Program-made: the position numbers and the translations under genes
Part shown: positions 1 through 9,740 of the stretch, piece by piece
How the letters are laid out: each line of letters starts with the position of its first letter
How positions within the stretch are numbered: the first letter of the stretch is position 1
From: a virus
Lineage: Duplodnaviria > Caudoviricetes
IMG/VR virus record: IMGVR_UViG_3300021255_002539
Span: 320,001 to 384,000 of that record
DNA: 64,000 nt
Reading direction: 5' to 3' (one strand)
Notes under the pieces: generated by a model
The model's database searches: none
What the model saw: the letters and a program-made list of their open reading frames with translations, nothing else
What the model was told of the DNA's origin: nothing

Positions 1-194
1 GAATTATCCCACAGAATCTTGCTGACCTTGATGTGGAACGAAGTGAAGTCCCACTTTTCCTGGAGGATGTGCAAAACCTTGTCCTTGGTGAACCACGGCA
101 TCGTCTCGTGGTTATATGAGTGAAGCCGTCCATGGAGAAGCTCTGACTTCTCGCCTGCCCAAAGGTTGGATTTCCCGTATTTGTGCATCGTCAT
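1..194 (-). CDS. Hypothetical protein, runs off the window edge
   Basis: ATG overlaps the TGA of the 191..586 gene; open frame to the edge. Confidence 0.55.
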   Translation of the reverse strand, partial: MTMHKYGKSNLWAGEKSELLHGRLHSYNHETMPWFTKDKVLHILQEKWDFTSFHIKVSKILWDN

Positions 195-586
195 TCCATC
201 CTCGCTGTGGGGATTGGCTTGAACCACTTGAGCATTCTGTTCAGAACCTTGTCGTCTATGTTCAACTCATTGGTGTCCATGGTGCTTCTGATCCAGATGA
301 TGCCATTCCCAATCTTGACTATGCAGTGGAGGTCGGCCAGCATCCCCATCTCCGCAACGAAGTCGTCAGAGTCCACATCGAAGAAGAACCGCCGGGCCAT
401 TGCCTTTGTCCTTAGACATTCGTCCTCCTTGCCACACAATGTAGCCACCACGACAGACGAGGACTGCATGTCGAAGTCCCGAATGGCTTTCTTCACCTGA
501 GACAGGGACATTGCTTTTTTCAGGTAGATTTCCTTGTAGTATTTGGAATACAGCAAGTCAAAGTGCTTGATGCCTTTGTAGTTCAT
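191..586 (-). CDS. Hypothetical protein, divergent member of the FDLSL/TNID paralogue family
   Basis: ATGA coupling; C-terminal ..NELNIDDKVL. Confidence 0.7.
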   Translation of the reverse strand: MNYKGIKHFDLLYSKYYKEIYLKKAMSLSQVKKAIRDFDMQSSSVVVATLCGKEDECLRTKAMARRFFFDVDSDDFVAEMGMLADLHCIVKIGNGIIWIRSTMDTNELNIDDKVLNRMLKWFKPIPTARME

Positions 587-996
587 ATGTTATCCTGCGC
601 CTCCACCATCCTCTTGAATGCCTCCATCACTTCACCATCTATGTTGGTCTGGCCATCATTGGATTCCTCGAAGTACACGCGAATCGCCCAGGACGAATCT
701 GTCCAGCCAATCCCCACTATTCTATGGGAAAGCGAGATGTCGAACAAGTCAACCAACAGTTGTTCGCCACCACCAAACTCCAATCCATACAGACGGCCCC
801 TCTTTTTGTTCCATCGCCCTTCCTTGAATACCTCGTACACCAGCATTCCTCGCCACTTGCCAGTCTTTGTGGAGTCATCCAGTTTCTGGACAATATCCTG
901 GGATGTCAAATTGCACTGCTTCTTCAATGTGCTTTTGTCAAGGGAGGATTGGGCACATGTGACACAATTTGACTTGTCGAACATTTTTCCTGCCAT
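583..996 (-). CDS. Hypothetical protein, FDLSL/TNID paralogue family
   Basis: LFDISL...EESNDGQTNIDGEVMEA. Confidence 0.8.
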   Translation of the reverse strand: MAGKMFDKSNCVTCAQSSLDKSTLKKQCNLTSQDIVQKLDDSTKTGKWRGMLVYEVFKEGRWNKKRGRLYGLEFGGGEQLLVDLFDISLSHRIVGIGWTDSSWAIRVYFEESNDGQTNIDGEVMEAFKRMVEAQDNI

Positions 997-997
997 G

Positions 998-1504
998 TCA
1001 AGTACCCTCCTCGTATTTGGCGTACTTCGCTTCGTCGCCAGGCTTCTCGTTGTCCTCCCAAGTACCCCATTTCAGAATACAACCAGCCAGGCCGACATCC
1101 CCCCACTGAGGATACGACCAATAGGCATAGGCGTTCTGAATCGACTCTGCACACAAGTCGAAGTGAAACCTTGCCTCCTTGCCCTCTGTACCATCCTTGT
1201 CAATGTCCTTGGCATAGTCAGCCATCAGCTTGACGTTCCTGACCGCATTCTCCCTCGCAGTGAGGGGCTTGAACCCAGCGTCGAAGATGTTGAAGTTGAA
1301 GTTGAGGAAAGTGGTGTCTGCTGCGAAATACTCGTTGACCCAACAAAGGTATTGATATGCCTCAGGGTTGTTGAGCGGCAGACGAATGTCGTACAAGTCC
1401 TTGTCCTTCATGTACTCAATGAACTTAATCCCAAAGCCAAGATTCCTTATGTCGTTGTACTCTGGGTCGTCCTTTTCCCGCGCCTTGATTTCAGGAATTT
1501 CCAT
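998..1504 (-). CDS. Hypothetical protein
   Basis: GGAGAGG SD before ATG 1504; first gene after a sigma70-type promoter. Confidence 0.75.
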   Translation of the reverse strand: MEIPEIKAREKDDPEYNDIRNLGFGIKFIEYMKDKDLYDIRLPLNNPEAYQYLCWVNEYFAADTTFLNFNFNIFDAGFKPLTARENAVRNVKLMADYAKDIDKDGTEGKEARFHFDLCAESIQNAYAYWSYPQWGDVGLAGCILKWGTWEDNEKPGDEAKYAKYEEGT

Positions 1505-1537
1505 TGTTTGCCTCTCCTTGATTTCCCTACGCCACAT

Positions 1538-1574
1538 ATTATATCATATTTGATGCTGTGCTGTCAATACCCCC
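1538..1574 (-). promoter_or_regulatory. Sigma70-type (early) promoter
   Basis: GGGGTA-TTGACA-N18-TATAAT with TG extended -10; same design at 4164, 20332, 34524, 35523, 63253. Confidence 0.75.
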
Positions 1575-1955
1575 TATGGGGGACATTATGTTCAACAGAA
1601 GCTCCATTACGTCTGTGGTTATGTTTGTCTTTCCATTCTTGGATCTCGCCAGATAGATTATGGCGTTGTCTGGATTGAACTCAACTATGTTGTGCGTGAG
1701 GGAGTACTTGAACAAGTCGGACATGAACCTGTCTTTGTCCAATGGAACATTGTACGCATATGATCGCAGGATCAGAATCTCGTCTGGCGGTATACCAAAG
1801 TCCATCTCAAACACATCTATTATCACAATCCCCGAACAAAACCGACCAAGCTTGGACTTCAGTTCTGATTTCCCAATTACGTGCTTGTAGTACTCCTTCT
1901 CAATCAAATTGGGCATCTTCCAGTGTCCGTTGAGTACCATCCCATCGCCTATCAT
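1539..1955 (-). CDS. Hypothetical protein, FDLSL/TNID paralogue family
   Basis: DLFKYSL...RSKNGKTNITTDVME. Confidence 0.8.
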   Translation of the reverse strand: MIGDGMVLNGHWKMPNLIEKEYYKHVIGKSELKSKLGRFCSGIVIIDVFEMDFGIPPDEILILRSYAYNVPLDKDRFMSDLFKYSLTHNIVEFNPDNAIIYLARSKNGKTNITTDVMELLLNIMSPIGGIDSTASNMI

Positions 1956-2317
1956 CGGACGACCTCCTTCCCATCCACCTTGGAATTGTCGATGGTTCCG
2001 CCATTGTTCAAGACAATTGCCTCCACCAATTCTGCGTCAATGTCGTATCCCTTCTTGCCAGCGCACTCGTCCTTGCACACCTGAAGTACTGAACACCATG
2101 AAGTCGTAAAGCCGCCTTCACCCCTTTTTGGTAGTGAGATGCATCCATACGACATCGCCTTGTGAGTCTTGGATATGTCGAACAACCTGCACATGAGGTC
2201 GTCCTGGCCGTCGGGCATGTTGAACTTCTCAAACCGCCCAGCCTCGTCTGTGTACACGATGCCAACCGAATCTGACACCCATGTGTGCCTCCATATTTCC
2301 TTGGCTAGTCTGTTCAT
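1952..2317 (-). CDS. Hypothetical protein, FDLSL/TNID paralogue family (divergent)
   Basis: LFDISKTH...YDIDAELVEA; ATGA overlaps. Confidence 0.75.
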   Translation of the reverse strand: MNRLAKEIWRHTWVSDSVGIVYTDEAGRFEKFNMPDGQDDLMCRLFDISKTHKAMSYGCISLPKRGEGGFTTSWCSVLQVCKDECAGKKGYDIDAELVEAIVLNNGGTIDNSKVDGKEVVR

Positions 2318-2724
2318 GCATTCACCTTCCTTGCGTATCTTCTGTTCATCGTGTCAATCAGCTCTGGGGTGATGTTGGTCTCCCCATTCTTGGATTCAAC
2401 CACAGTAATCACATCAGACAAGAAGCTCATCTGGGAATTGTAGTCATACAGGGTTTTGCCACATTGGTAGTCTATGACATTGAATCCCAAGGACAGGTCG
2501 AACATGTGGCAGGCGAGGTCTTCAGTCCTCTCTGGAACCGGAAAAGACCATACAGTCCCAATCTTCGTCCGAGACAGCCCGCGCACCACCACCTTCTCTA
2601 TGAACAGAACCGTGTTGTGGCGTATGAAGTCCTCCAGACTCTTGTGGTCGAGCGGGAACATCCTCTCAACCATTGAATTCTGATAGTCCTGCTGCTCAAA
2701 CGATTCGCCTGCCATCATGGTCAA
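2314..2724 (-). CDS. Hypothetical protein, FDLSL/TNID paralogue family
   Basis: MFDLSL...VESKNGETNITPELID. Confidence 0.8.
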   Translation of the reverse strand: MTMMAGESFEQQDYQNSMVERMFPLDHKSLEDFIRHNTVLFIEKVVVRGLSRTKIGTVWSFPVPERTEDLACHMFDLSLGFNVIDYQCGKTLYDYNSQMSFLSDVITVVESKNGETNITPELIDTMNRRYARKVNA

Positions 2725-2727
2725 ATC

Positions 2728-3168
2728 TCAACTCCCCCTTCTTTTGTTGAATTGCTTGGCAACCTTCTTCTGTATTTCCATCATGGCCTCCATCACTTCG
2801 TCGTCTATGTTGGTGCTTCCATCCTTGGACTCCTCCACAACTATCTCCAGGTATTCTGCATCCAGTGCAACCAACTTGTATGTGAGGGACAAGTCGAACA
2901 AGTCTGCGCATAGATCATCAAAGTCCTTGGGCAAATAGTATTTCCCAATCATGCGAGCCTCCATGTATTCGAATGGTTTGGCCGTGTAGATGTAGTCTTC
3001 GGTATTTCGGACTTCGTAGATGTTAGTACACAAATGGAACTCAGTCACCAATTTCTTGTTCTTCGTGTCGTTGTATGACTTCCTCCAAGTGAGTCTTCGC
3101 CCCTCATGCACCAATTCTTCCAACGACTTGGACACCATCGACCAATCCCGAGTTTTGTCTATTGCCAT
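2728..3168 (-). CDS. Hypothetical protein, FDLSL/TNID paralogue family
   Basis: LFDLSL...EESKDGSTNIDDEVMEA; GGAGGTG SD. Confidence 0.8.
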   Translation of the reverse strand: MAIDKTRDWSMVSKSLEELVHEGRRLTWRKSYNDTKNKKLVTEFHLCTNIYEVRNTEDYIYTAKPFEYMEARMIGKYYLPKDFDDLCADLFDLSLTYKLVALDAEYLEIVVEESKDGSTNIDDEVMEAMMEIQKKVAKQFNKRRGS

Positions 3169-3171
3169 TTC

Positions 3172-4137
3172 TCACCTCCCAACATGGTTCAGTTTGTCGA
3201 GTTTGCTCCATTGGAAGGGCAAGTTGAAGAACTCAAGCAGGTCTGGGTACTCCAGCATCCCCTTCACCCTCCTGGGGCAGTGGTCGTAGATGTAGAGGAA
3301 CAGGTCAAGCACATCGAACTGGGTCTCCACCATGTTCATGTCGAACACAGTCTCCTCGAAGGACATCTCCTTTCCGGGTCCGGTCGCTGCCAGGTTCTTG
3401 GGACATCTGCCGTACATGTCTTCCCACAGGGCGTAGTTGAACTCGTTGCAGGGATATTCAACATCAAGCACATTGAACACCCAGTTGAAGATGTCCACCT
3501 CGTTCGCAATCAACAACTGCTTGAGCAATTCGTTCGTGGCGTGGACGAGGGGCTTGGTGTAGTTCAGGCTATTGGCGAGTGCCTTGAGAACTATGAACTG
3601 CGCCTTTGTGGAGAACCTGAGGAAGTTGTTCGCCATCAGCATCGACCGACCCAGGTACGAGTGGTTGAGGATATACCTGATATCGCGTTCGTCTTTCGTC
3701 ATGACCTCCACCAACTTGAAGAAGTCAACATCCCCAGATGCGACATTTGCGTCGTCCAGAAGCCCACCCTTGTATCCAGAACTGCGGAACTTGTAGAACT
3801 CCGGGTCTGACCTAATCACCTGCTTGAGGAAGTTCCTGATGTCGGGTCGGTAGTCCTCCTGAATCAACAGCCCCATGAGCATGTTCGTGGCGAAGCACTT
3901 GTCCACCGGCTGCAAGTTCACGATGTGCTTCACCAGGAAGTCGTTGATTCGGTATGGGTGCGCAGCGAGGTCGTAGAGGTCGTACACATAGGCACTGTGC
4001 TGGTATATCTCCCCAATCTGCTTCTCATGACCCTCCAGGAAGGACACGACAACCTCAAGGTCTGTTCCATCCAGAACCATCTCGTCCAGAACCTTGGACA
4101 AGGACACCTCGGTGGATATTGACTGGTCGTAGTTCAT
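3172..4137 (-). CDS. Hypothetical protein
   Basis: Long ORF with GAGAGG SD, directly after a sigma70-type promoter. Confidence 0.8.
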   Translation of the reverse strand: MNYDQSISTEVSLSKVLDEMVLDGTDLEVVVSFLEGHEKQIGEIYQHSAYVYDLYDLAAHPYRINDFLVKHIVNLQPVDKCFATNMLMGLLIQEDYRPDIRNFLKQVIRSDPEFYKFRSSGYKGGLLDDANVASGDVDFFKLVEVMTKDERDIRYILNHSYLGRSMLMANNFLRFSTKAQFIVLKALANSLNYTKPLVHATNELLKQLLIANEVDIFNWVFNVLDVEYPCNEFNYALWEDMYGRCPKNLAATGPGKEMSFEETVFDMNMVETQFDVLDLFLYIYDHCPRRVKGMLEYPDLLEFFNLPFQWSKLDKLNHVGR

Positions 4138-4163
4138 TGTGGCATTACCTCTCAACGCCACAT

Positions 4164-4199
4164 ATTATATCATATTCGAGCTGGAATTGTCAATACCCC
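4164..4199 (-). promoter_or_regulatory. Sigma70-type (early) promoter
   Basis: GGGGTA-TTGACA-N18-TATAAT. Confidence 0.75.
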
Positions 4200-4207
4200 T
4201 AAATATA

Positions 4208-5428
4208 TCATTCTCGTGGTGGTTTTTTACACGTAAATCCTAATATACTTTGATTCAAATCATTTTTCGTATCATTTATTCCCTTTTCCAGACCTTTGCT
4301 TGCATCTGAACCAAAGTTGTTCAAACCATTGACAAATGAGTCTCGTATATTATCTTTATCTTCCTGTGTGGCGTCTTCAGGCAAAGGCTTTGGTAATTCT
4401 GTGGATATGTTACCATGTTCCTGGCTATATTCTTCTATATCATTAATGATTTTGTTTATGCTATCTTCAGTAATGTCGCCACTAGCCAATAGATCAGCAA
4501 TATCTTTTGCAATTTCCTCAAGACCCTATAACGCTTCGTTCATTTTCTATAAGGTTTCCGATAAACCATTTATGTAGTCGATTATTGGATCATCGGGCTC
4601 AAAATATGGACACCAATCGTCAAATGAATTGAATGCCTCAAAACTAGATTCCGCACAATCCAATGTTCCATTTACAGCACCCTTCTCCAAACCAGCAACC
4701 AATCCAGTCAAAAGAGTGGTCAAACATGCGCCAATTTTAGTTGGGTCTTTGTCATATGCTATTTCGTCTGCATATTCCTTGCCAAATGAAATGAATATTT
4801 GATTTACGGTCTTTAATGTATCAACTATTTTCCCCTATTCAATAATCCACTAAAGCATTTTTAGTTTGCATTCACACTCATATGGGGTGTCTGTCGTCAC
4901 ACGATATACCAAGACACCAGTTTCTATAGTCAAGTCAACTGGAAGTATCACTGTTTGTGTGCAAATTCCAGTAACTTCCCCCAAAATGTTGGATATATCC
5001 TTCAACGCATCGTATGGGTGTAGTGTTGCGGTGTCTTTTGCGAAATCCCATATATTGCCCAATGCTCGTCCAAGCCCATTAGCCACATCGCAAAAATAAT
5101 TACCCAAACCCCTTGAACTCAAGTTTCTTGAACTCAGGTTTCTTGTATTTGATTCGTCTGGATATCGTTCATTCACCAAGTCAATCAATTCTTGGGTATC
5201 GTGTTCAACTGGTTCACACCCATCCCATATATGTGGGTTTTGGTCGTATTTTTGTTGGCACATATCCAATACAGAACCGCCTATGTCATAGATATCCTTG
5301 ATTAGATTATGGGTTGTTGGCTGCCAATTTTGTTGCGCATCATTTAACTGTTGCCTAACCAATTTAAGTTGGTATTCGGGCGACAATACCGATAATTTGG
5401 TAGACTTGAATCGTTTTATGTATACCAT
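4208..5428 (-). CDS. Hypothetical protein, ~406 aa, with 4 in-frame TAG (recoded)
   Basis: ORF pieces 4850..5494 and 4208..4489 are in one frame, interrupted only by TAG; ends TGA; AT-rich; GTAAATA upstream. Confidence 0.7.
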
Positions 5429-5502
5429 GACATTAATGTGTTGATGATTTAGATATATATATTTACAAAAAATTTTGATTATCGTATAATTCAATAGATA
5501 TC

Positions 5503-6069
5503 ATGGACATAGAACTAAAGCTGATAGAAGACGAACAGGGAAGGGATCTCGCCAAGAACATTGTCGAGAAACACCATTCCTATGTTCCGACATATAAATC
5601 TGTCGGTCGCAGGGTGGATTGGCTCGTCTACATAGATGGCGAACTGTGTGGCATGATTGGCATTGGCAGTTCCACATATCCGCCCTGCAAGGACATTCTT
5701 CGGCACTTGGGCATGACCAAGGACGACTACAAGGAGCAGTTTAACTCGTTCGCCAACAACTGGAGGTTCTGCATGATGAAGTCGGTGAAGAATGCTGGAA
5801 CCCAAATACTCAAGCAATTGAGAAACAAGGCGAAGGTGGAGTGGAAGCGGAAGTATGGCGACGACTTGAAGTACCTCATCACATTTGTCGGGGCTGGGCA
5901 CAATGGGGCAGTATACCGAGCCGACAATTGGAGCTGCATTGGCAAGACCAGCGGACTTCCCTCACACAAGTCGGTCTCCATGAAATGGGACAACGGAGAG
6001 CAAATCAAGGAGAAGTTCGTCAAGCCCACTGGCGAGAACGCAAAGCTGATATTCTTGAAGAAACTCTAA
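5503..6069 (+). CDS. DUF4338/DruA-like (Mom/GNAT-like) protein
   Basis: HHSY..GR..WLV...GMIGIGS...NNWRF...W..KYG..L.TFV...GAVYRADNW..IG.T.G pattern. Confidence 0.65.
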   Translation: MDIELKLIEDEQGRDLAKNIVEKHHSYVPTYKSVGRRVDWLVYIDGELCGMIGIGSSTYPPCKDILRHLGMTKDDYKEQFNSFANNWRFCMMKSVKNAGTQILKQLRNKAKVEWKRKYGDDLKYLITFVGAGHNGAVYRADNWSCIGKTSGLPSHKSVSMKWDNGEQIKEKFVKPTGENAKLIFLKKL

Positions 6070-6085
6070 AGGAGAGAAACAGACG

Positions 6086-7123
6086 ATGATAGACTTTGAG
6101 GAAGACATATTGGAGAACACTGGAACGGGGGATTTCGCCCCAACAAGGGAAGCTGGTCTCTGGGTGACGAAGTACAGACCACGCACATTGGAGCATTTCT
6201 GCCTTGACGAAAAGCTCAAGACGATGTTCCAGAGGCAAATTGACGAGAACGATGTACAGAATGTATGTTTGGTTGGTGGTCCAGGGATTGGAAAGACGAC
6301 ATTGGCCCTGATTCTGGCCAATTCAAGCAAGGATTCTGACATATTGTTCGTTTCCTGCGCATCTGGCGAGGGCAAGGTGGAGTCGATTCAGTCGAAGATT
6401 ATTCCATTCTGCCAAAGCGCATCCAAGGGCAGGAAATTCGTGATACTTGACGAATTGGACTCCGCTTCCTCCACGCAGGCAAACTCATTCCAAAAGGCGT
6501 TGAGGAATGTGGTCGAGGCATATCCAGATTGCAGGTTCATAGCGACCGCAAACTATCAATCCAACATCATTGGGCCGCTTTGCCCATCAAGGCTTCCACC
6601 TGTGTCCTTGAGCTTCTCTGTTTCAGAAATGATTTCCAACCTGCTCTATATTCTAAGCGAGGAGAACATAGAGATTGTGAGCGAAGCCAGCAAGACAAAG
6701 CAGTTTCTCGGGAGCCTCATCAAGTCCTACTACCCAGACATGAGAAGCGTTGTTGGTCAACTTCAAGCGGCTTGCGTCGGTGGGAAGTTGGATGTGGAAA
6801 GCATCGCCATCAACAACAAGGAGGCAATCAAGAACGCAATATCGGAGTTTCTGGCTCTGGTTAAGTCCTCTGGGACTCCACTTGAGATGCGCAAGGCGTA
6901 CAACAACCAGATCCTGGCGTTTGGCAACAATGGCAACTTGTCGAAACTGTGCAGTCCATTGGGGTTGGCAGAGGAGATTCTGAACTACATAATCGAGAAC
7001 CACAACGCCAGCATGGAGGACTTGATGGCATTGGTGGAGTACATCTACAAGATTGAAAGAAGTGTTGACGGTGAAACACAATTCTTCGGCTTCTTGCTCA
7101 AAGTGAAATCAATGGCATTATGA
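6086..7123 (+). CDS. Clamp loader AAA+ subunit (T4 gp44 / RFC-like)
   Basis: WVTKYRP, Walker A GGPGIGKT, Walker B ILDELD, SR arginine finger, YPDMR. Confidence 0.9.
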   Translation: MIDFEEDILENTGTGDFAPTREAGLWVTKYRPRTLEHFCLDEKLKTMFQRQIDENDVQNVCLVGGPGIGKTTLALILANSSKDSDILFVSCASGEGKVESIQSKIIPFCQSASKGRKFVILDELDSASSTQANSFQKALRNVVEAYPDCRFIATANYQSNIIGPLCPSRLPPVSLSFSVSEMISNLLYILSEENIEIVSEASKTKQFLGSLIKSYYPDMRSVVGQLQAACVGGKLDVESIAINNKEAIKNAISEFLALVKSSGTPLEMRKAYNNQILAFGNNGNLSKLCSPLGLAEEILNYIIENHNASMEDLMALVEYIYKIERSVDGETQFFGFLLKVKSMAL

Positions 7124-7707
7124 AGTTCAACATCAGATTGGAGCAATGCAAGCGCACAGATCCCCGATACAAGGAGATTCGGGATCGTCACTACATCCCA
7201 AACCACGGGTGCATAGGTCAGCAAATACACTACCTCGTGTTCCTTGAAGACGAAGTTGTGGGCATCATATCGGGCGCGTCTGCCGTGTATGCTGTAAAGG
7301 CAAGGGACGACTACTTTGGGCTGAACAAGGACAACAAACGCCCTGGGCTGAACTCAATCATCAACAATGTGGTGTTCCGCCTTGAGAAGAACATCAAGAA
7401 CCTTGGTTCTCAGATTCTGGCGTTGTGGAGAAGGACGATAGCAAGGGACTGGGAGGCGAAGTATGGGGTCAAGGTACATGGCTTCGAGACCTTCATCATA
7501 GGCAACGAGGTCAGGTTTGGGGCGTTGTACAAGGCGGACAACTGGACATTCGTTGGCATGACAGCGGGAAGCACCAAGACGCACAAGGGCATCAACAACA
7601 AGGGTGGCAGGCAGGACACATGCCAGAAGATGATATTCTGCAAGAAGATCCCAAAGACGAAACTTTGCTCCGAATACACCTCGACTTGGCGTGGAGATTC
7701 TGTATAA
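7120..7707 (+). CDS. DUF4338/DruA-like (Mom/GNAT-like) protein, second paralogue
   Basis: RHY...G..IHYLV...RDDYFG...INNVVFRL...DWEAKYG...ETF...GALYKADNW..VG.TAG. Confidence 0.7.
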   Translation: MKFNIRLEQCKRTDPRYKEIRDRHYIPNHGCIGQQIHYLVFLEDEVVGIISGASAVYAVKARDDYFGLNKDNKRPGLNSIINNVVFRLEKNIKNLGSQILALWRRTIARDWEAKYGVKVHGFETFIIGNEVRFGALYKADNWTFVGMTAGSTKTHKGINNKGGRQDTCQKMIFCKKIPKTKLCSEYTSTWRGDSV

Positions 7708-7733
7708 TTGAAGTAACCTAAAAAGTGAATAGC

Positions 7734-7772
7734 AAAGAACCGTGACTGCTGGGTGGCAACCACGGTTTCTTG
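7734..7772. terminator. Hairpin between convergent genes
   Basis: aagaaccgtg...cacggtttctt. Confidence 0.55.
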
Positions 7773-7790
7773 TTTGGTCTGGACTGTCAA

Positions 7791-8441
7791 TCAGCCATTT
7801 AGGTAGCAACCACAGGCATACTCCCTCTGGAACTTCTCCCAAATGTCGTCGTCCCAGTCTCTTGGGTCTCCCAGCGCCTCCACATCAGGCTCATCTTCAG
7901 CCATTTCGTGCGCCTGTTCGTAGATGTCACCACAGAACAGCCAAAGTAGAATTTGGGCGAGTTCGTTGTCTGTCTTGGATTCAAGTTCCTCCTTGTCCCA
8001 GGCACCGTACTGCTAAAGATGTTCAATTGCAGCCTCCCTTGGCAGACCAACATCGAACTTGAGATCGTCCACCCACATGGCAATCTCATCGTCCTTTGAG
8101 CCTGGTCCTGAGCAGTCAACCACGCAATAGCCAGGAATTGGCTTCGTGAGTTCATAGGAGTTTCCGCCAATCTTGTGAAACCACTCAGACTTCTGTTCAT
8201 CAACCGACTCCTCGAATTCCTCTGGTCCGTCGTATGCGGTGTAATCCATCTGACCAGCCAATTCCTTGATCTCGTAGAAAGCATCGTCTGCCTGGTGCTT
8301 CCAATAGGTCTTCTCCTTTATGTCGTCGTCTGCCGTGGCAATTCCCATGCCCTCGCAGGCCTTGCCATATTCTATTACAAGCTGAATGAGCTTCTTCGAC
8401 TGCTCGTTGTTGAATGTCGTCTTTTCGTTGAACTTCCTCAT
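7791..8441 (-). CDS. Hypothetical protein, 1 in-frame TAG (8013)
   Basis: Readthrough gives AIEHL[Q]QYGAWDKEEL...LLWLFCGDI and ends at TGA 7791. Confidence 0.7.
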
Positions 8442-8467
8442 TGTAGTTTCCTCTCGTGTAATGTTAT

Positions 8468-9217
8468 TTACCATGTTTGTCCATATCTGTCTATGAAGTC
8501 CTGTCTTGCCTGCCTTTGCATTTCGAGTCTTTGCTTGTCCTCCTCGGATTCCACCGCTGGCGCATTCATCTGCTGCTCCAACCCGCTCTTGTCCAATATG
8601 ACGAAGTGGGTATATGCGCATGTGAACGAGTGTTGTATCTCGTCAGTTTCAGAATACGACAATTGCAAATCAGAGAACGCCTTGATCCAGCAGTTCTTGA
8701 ACCTGAACGCCACTATGGGCTTCTTGTAGGGCGATAGCAAGGTAACATCAATGTCGCACACATGTGTCAAACCATTGGCATCCACATTGCCAGTGTCCAG
8801 CGCATTCGCACCCTTGTTCACAGGGGCGTTGTTCATGCACCAGTTGTACAAGGCCCTGTAATCCGTCCAATCCGAGCGGATGAAGTAGTTGAAGGTGATT
8901 TCCTTGCTTCCAGGTGACATTGTATATGTTGGTCTCTCTATTTCGATTCCACGATAGGACACCTTGTCAGTTCCCATCTCTATTGATGGGATTGTGAAGG
9001 TCGAAAGACGGAGGTTCACATTCTAATAATCGGGGCCTAAAACAAGATATAACGGAACATCTGCTATCCACTTGTTTTTAGCGGCGAACGTGTTCTAATC
9101 CGATACTCCATCAGAGGCTGGAACATTTACACCCGGATATACCAACTACTAGTTCCTGTTGAGGTTCCTAGTCTAGTTTGGGTGTTGGAAGTGATTTACA
9201 TTACTTGGTACTGCCAT
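8468..9217 (-). CDS. Tail completion / tube terminator-like protein (T4 gp3-like fold), 5 in-frame TAG
   Basis: GGAGGTG SD before ATG 9217; core TIPSIEMG...YRALYNW...VAFRFKNCW..FSDLQLSY...FTCAYTHF. Confidence 0.6.
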
Positions 9218-9392
9218 CGTCTTTCACCTCCTGCTTGTTCTCTTCGATGAAGAATATCCCATTCTCGAAATCCCTTCTGGCCTGCTCCAACTGGTTCAAA
9301 TCCTCTATGCCATCCGCATCACGCTCCATTTGCTTGCGCAGCTTATCGAATTCCTCTGGCGTCATGGTATAGAATCTGACTGGGTTTCCCAT
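9201..9392 (-). CDS. Small hypothetical protein
   Basis: GGAGG SD; GTAAATA upstream. Confidence 0.6.
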   Translation of the reverse strand: MGNPVRFYTMTPEEFDKLRKQMERDADGIEDLNQLEQARRDFENGIFFIEENKQEVKDDGSTK

Positions 9393-9477
9393 GGTGGTAG
9401 TGTCCTCCTTGTTTGGTACTATTTACCATCAGTGCGACGAAATGGTAAATGTATTGAACAACACAAAGCAAAGGAAT

Positions 9478-9654
9478 ATGGGTACACTTTCAACGGTTAA
9501 TCCACGCAAGGATTGGGTATTTTTGAAGCTTGGTGAGCTTTCTGAAGCAGTGAAGATGGACAGTTTCAACCTCACCAGGGACGAACAAGACATCATAGAC
9601 ATCAAGATACAGGAGTTGAGGCAATTTCTTGACCAGAAGTACGCGGGCAAGTGA
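9478..9654 (+). CDS. Small hypothetical protein
   Basis: AAGGA SD; divergent GTAAAT motif upstream; terminator downstream. Confidence 0.55.
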   Translation: MGTLSTVNPRKDWVFLKLGELSEAVKMDSFNLTRDEQDIIDIKIQELRQFLDQKYAGK

Positions 9655-9677
9655 TCCAGTACTGCAGCAATTAAACC

Positions 9678-9712
9678 AAAGGTTGGTGGCTTTTTGAGAA
9701 CCATCAACCTTT
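9678..9712. terminator. Bidirectional hairpin terminator
   Basis: aaggttggtgg...ccatcaacctt between convergent genes. Confidence 0.65.
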
Positions 9713-9740
9713 CAGTTTCGTGTGATTTGAGTTGGATTCG

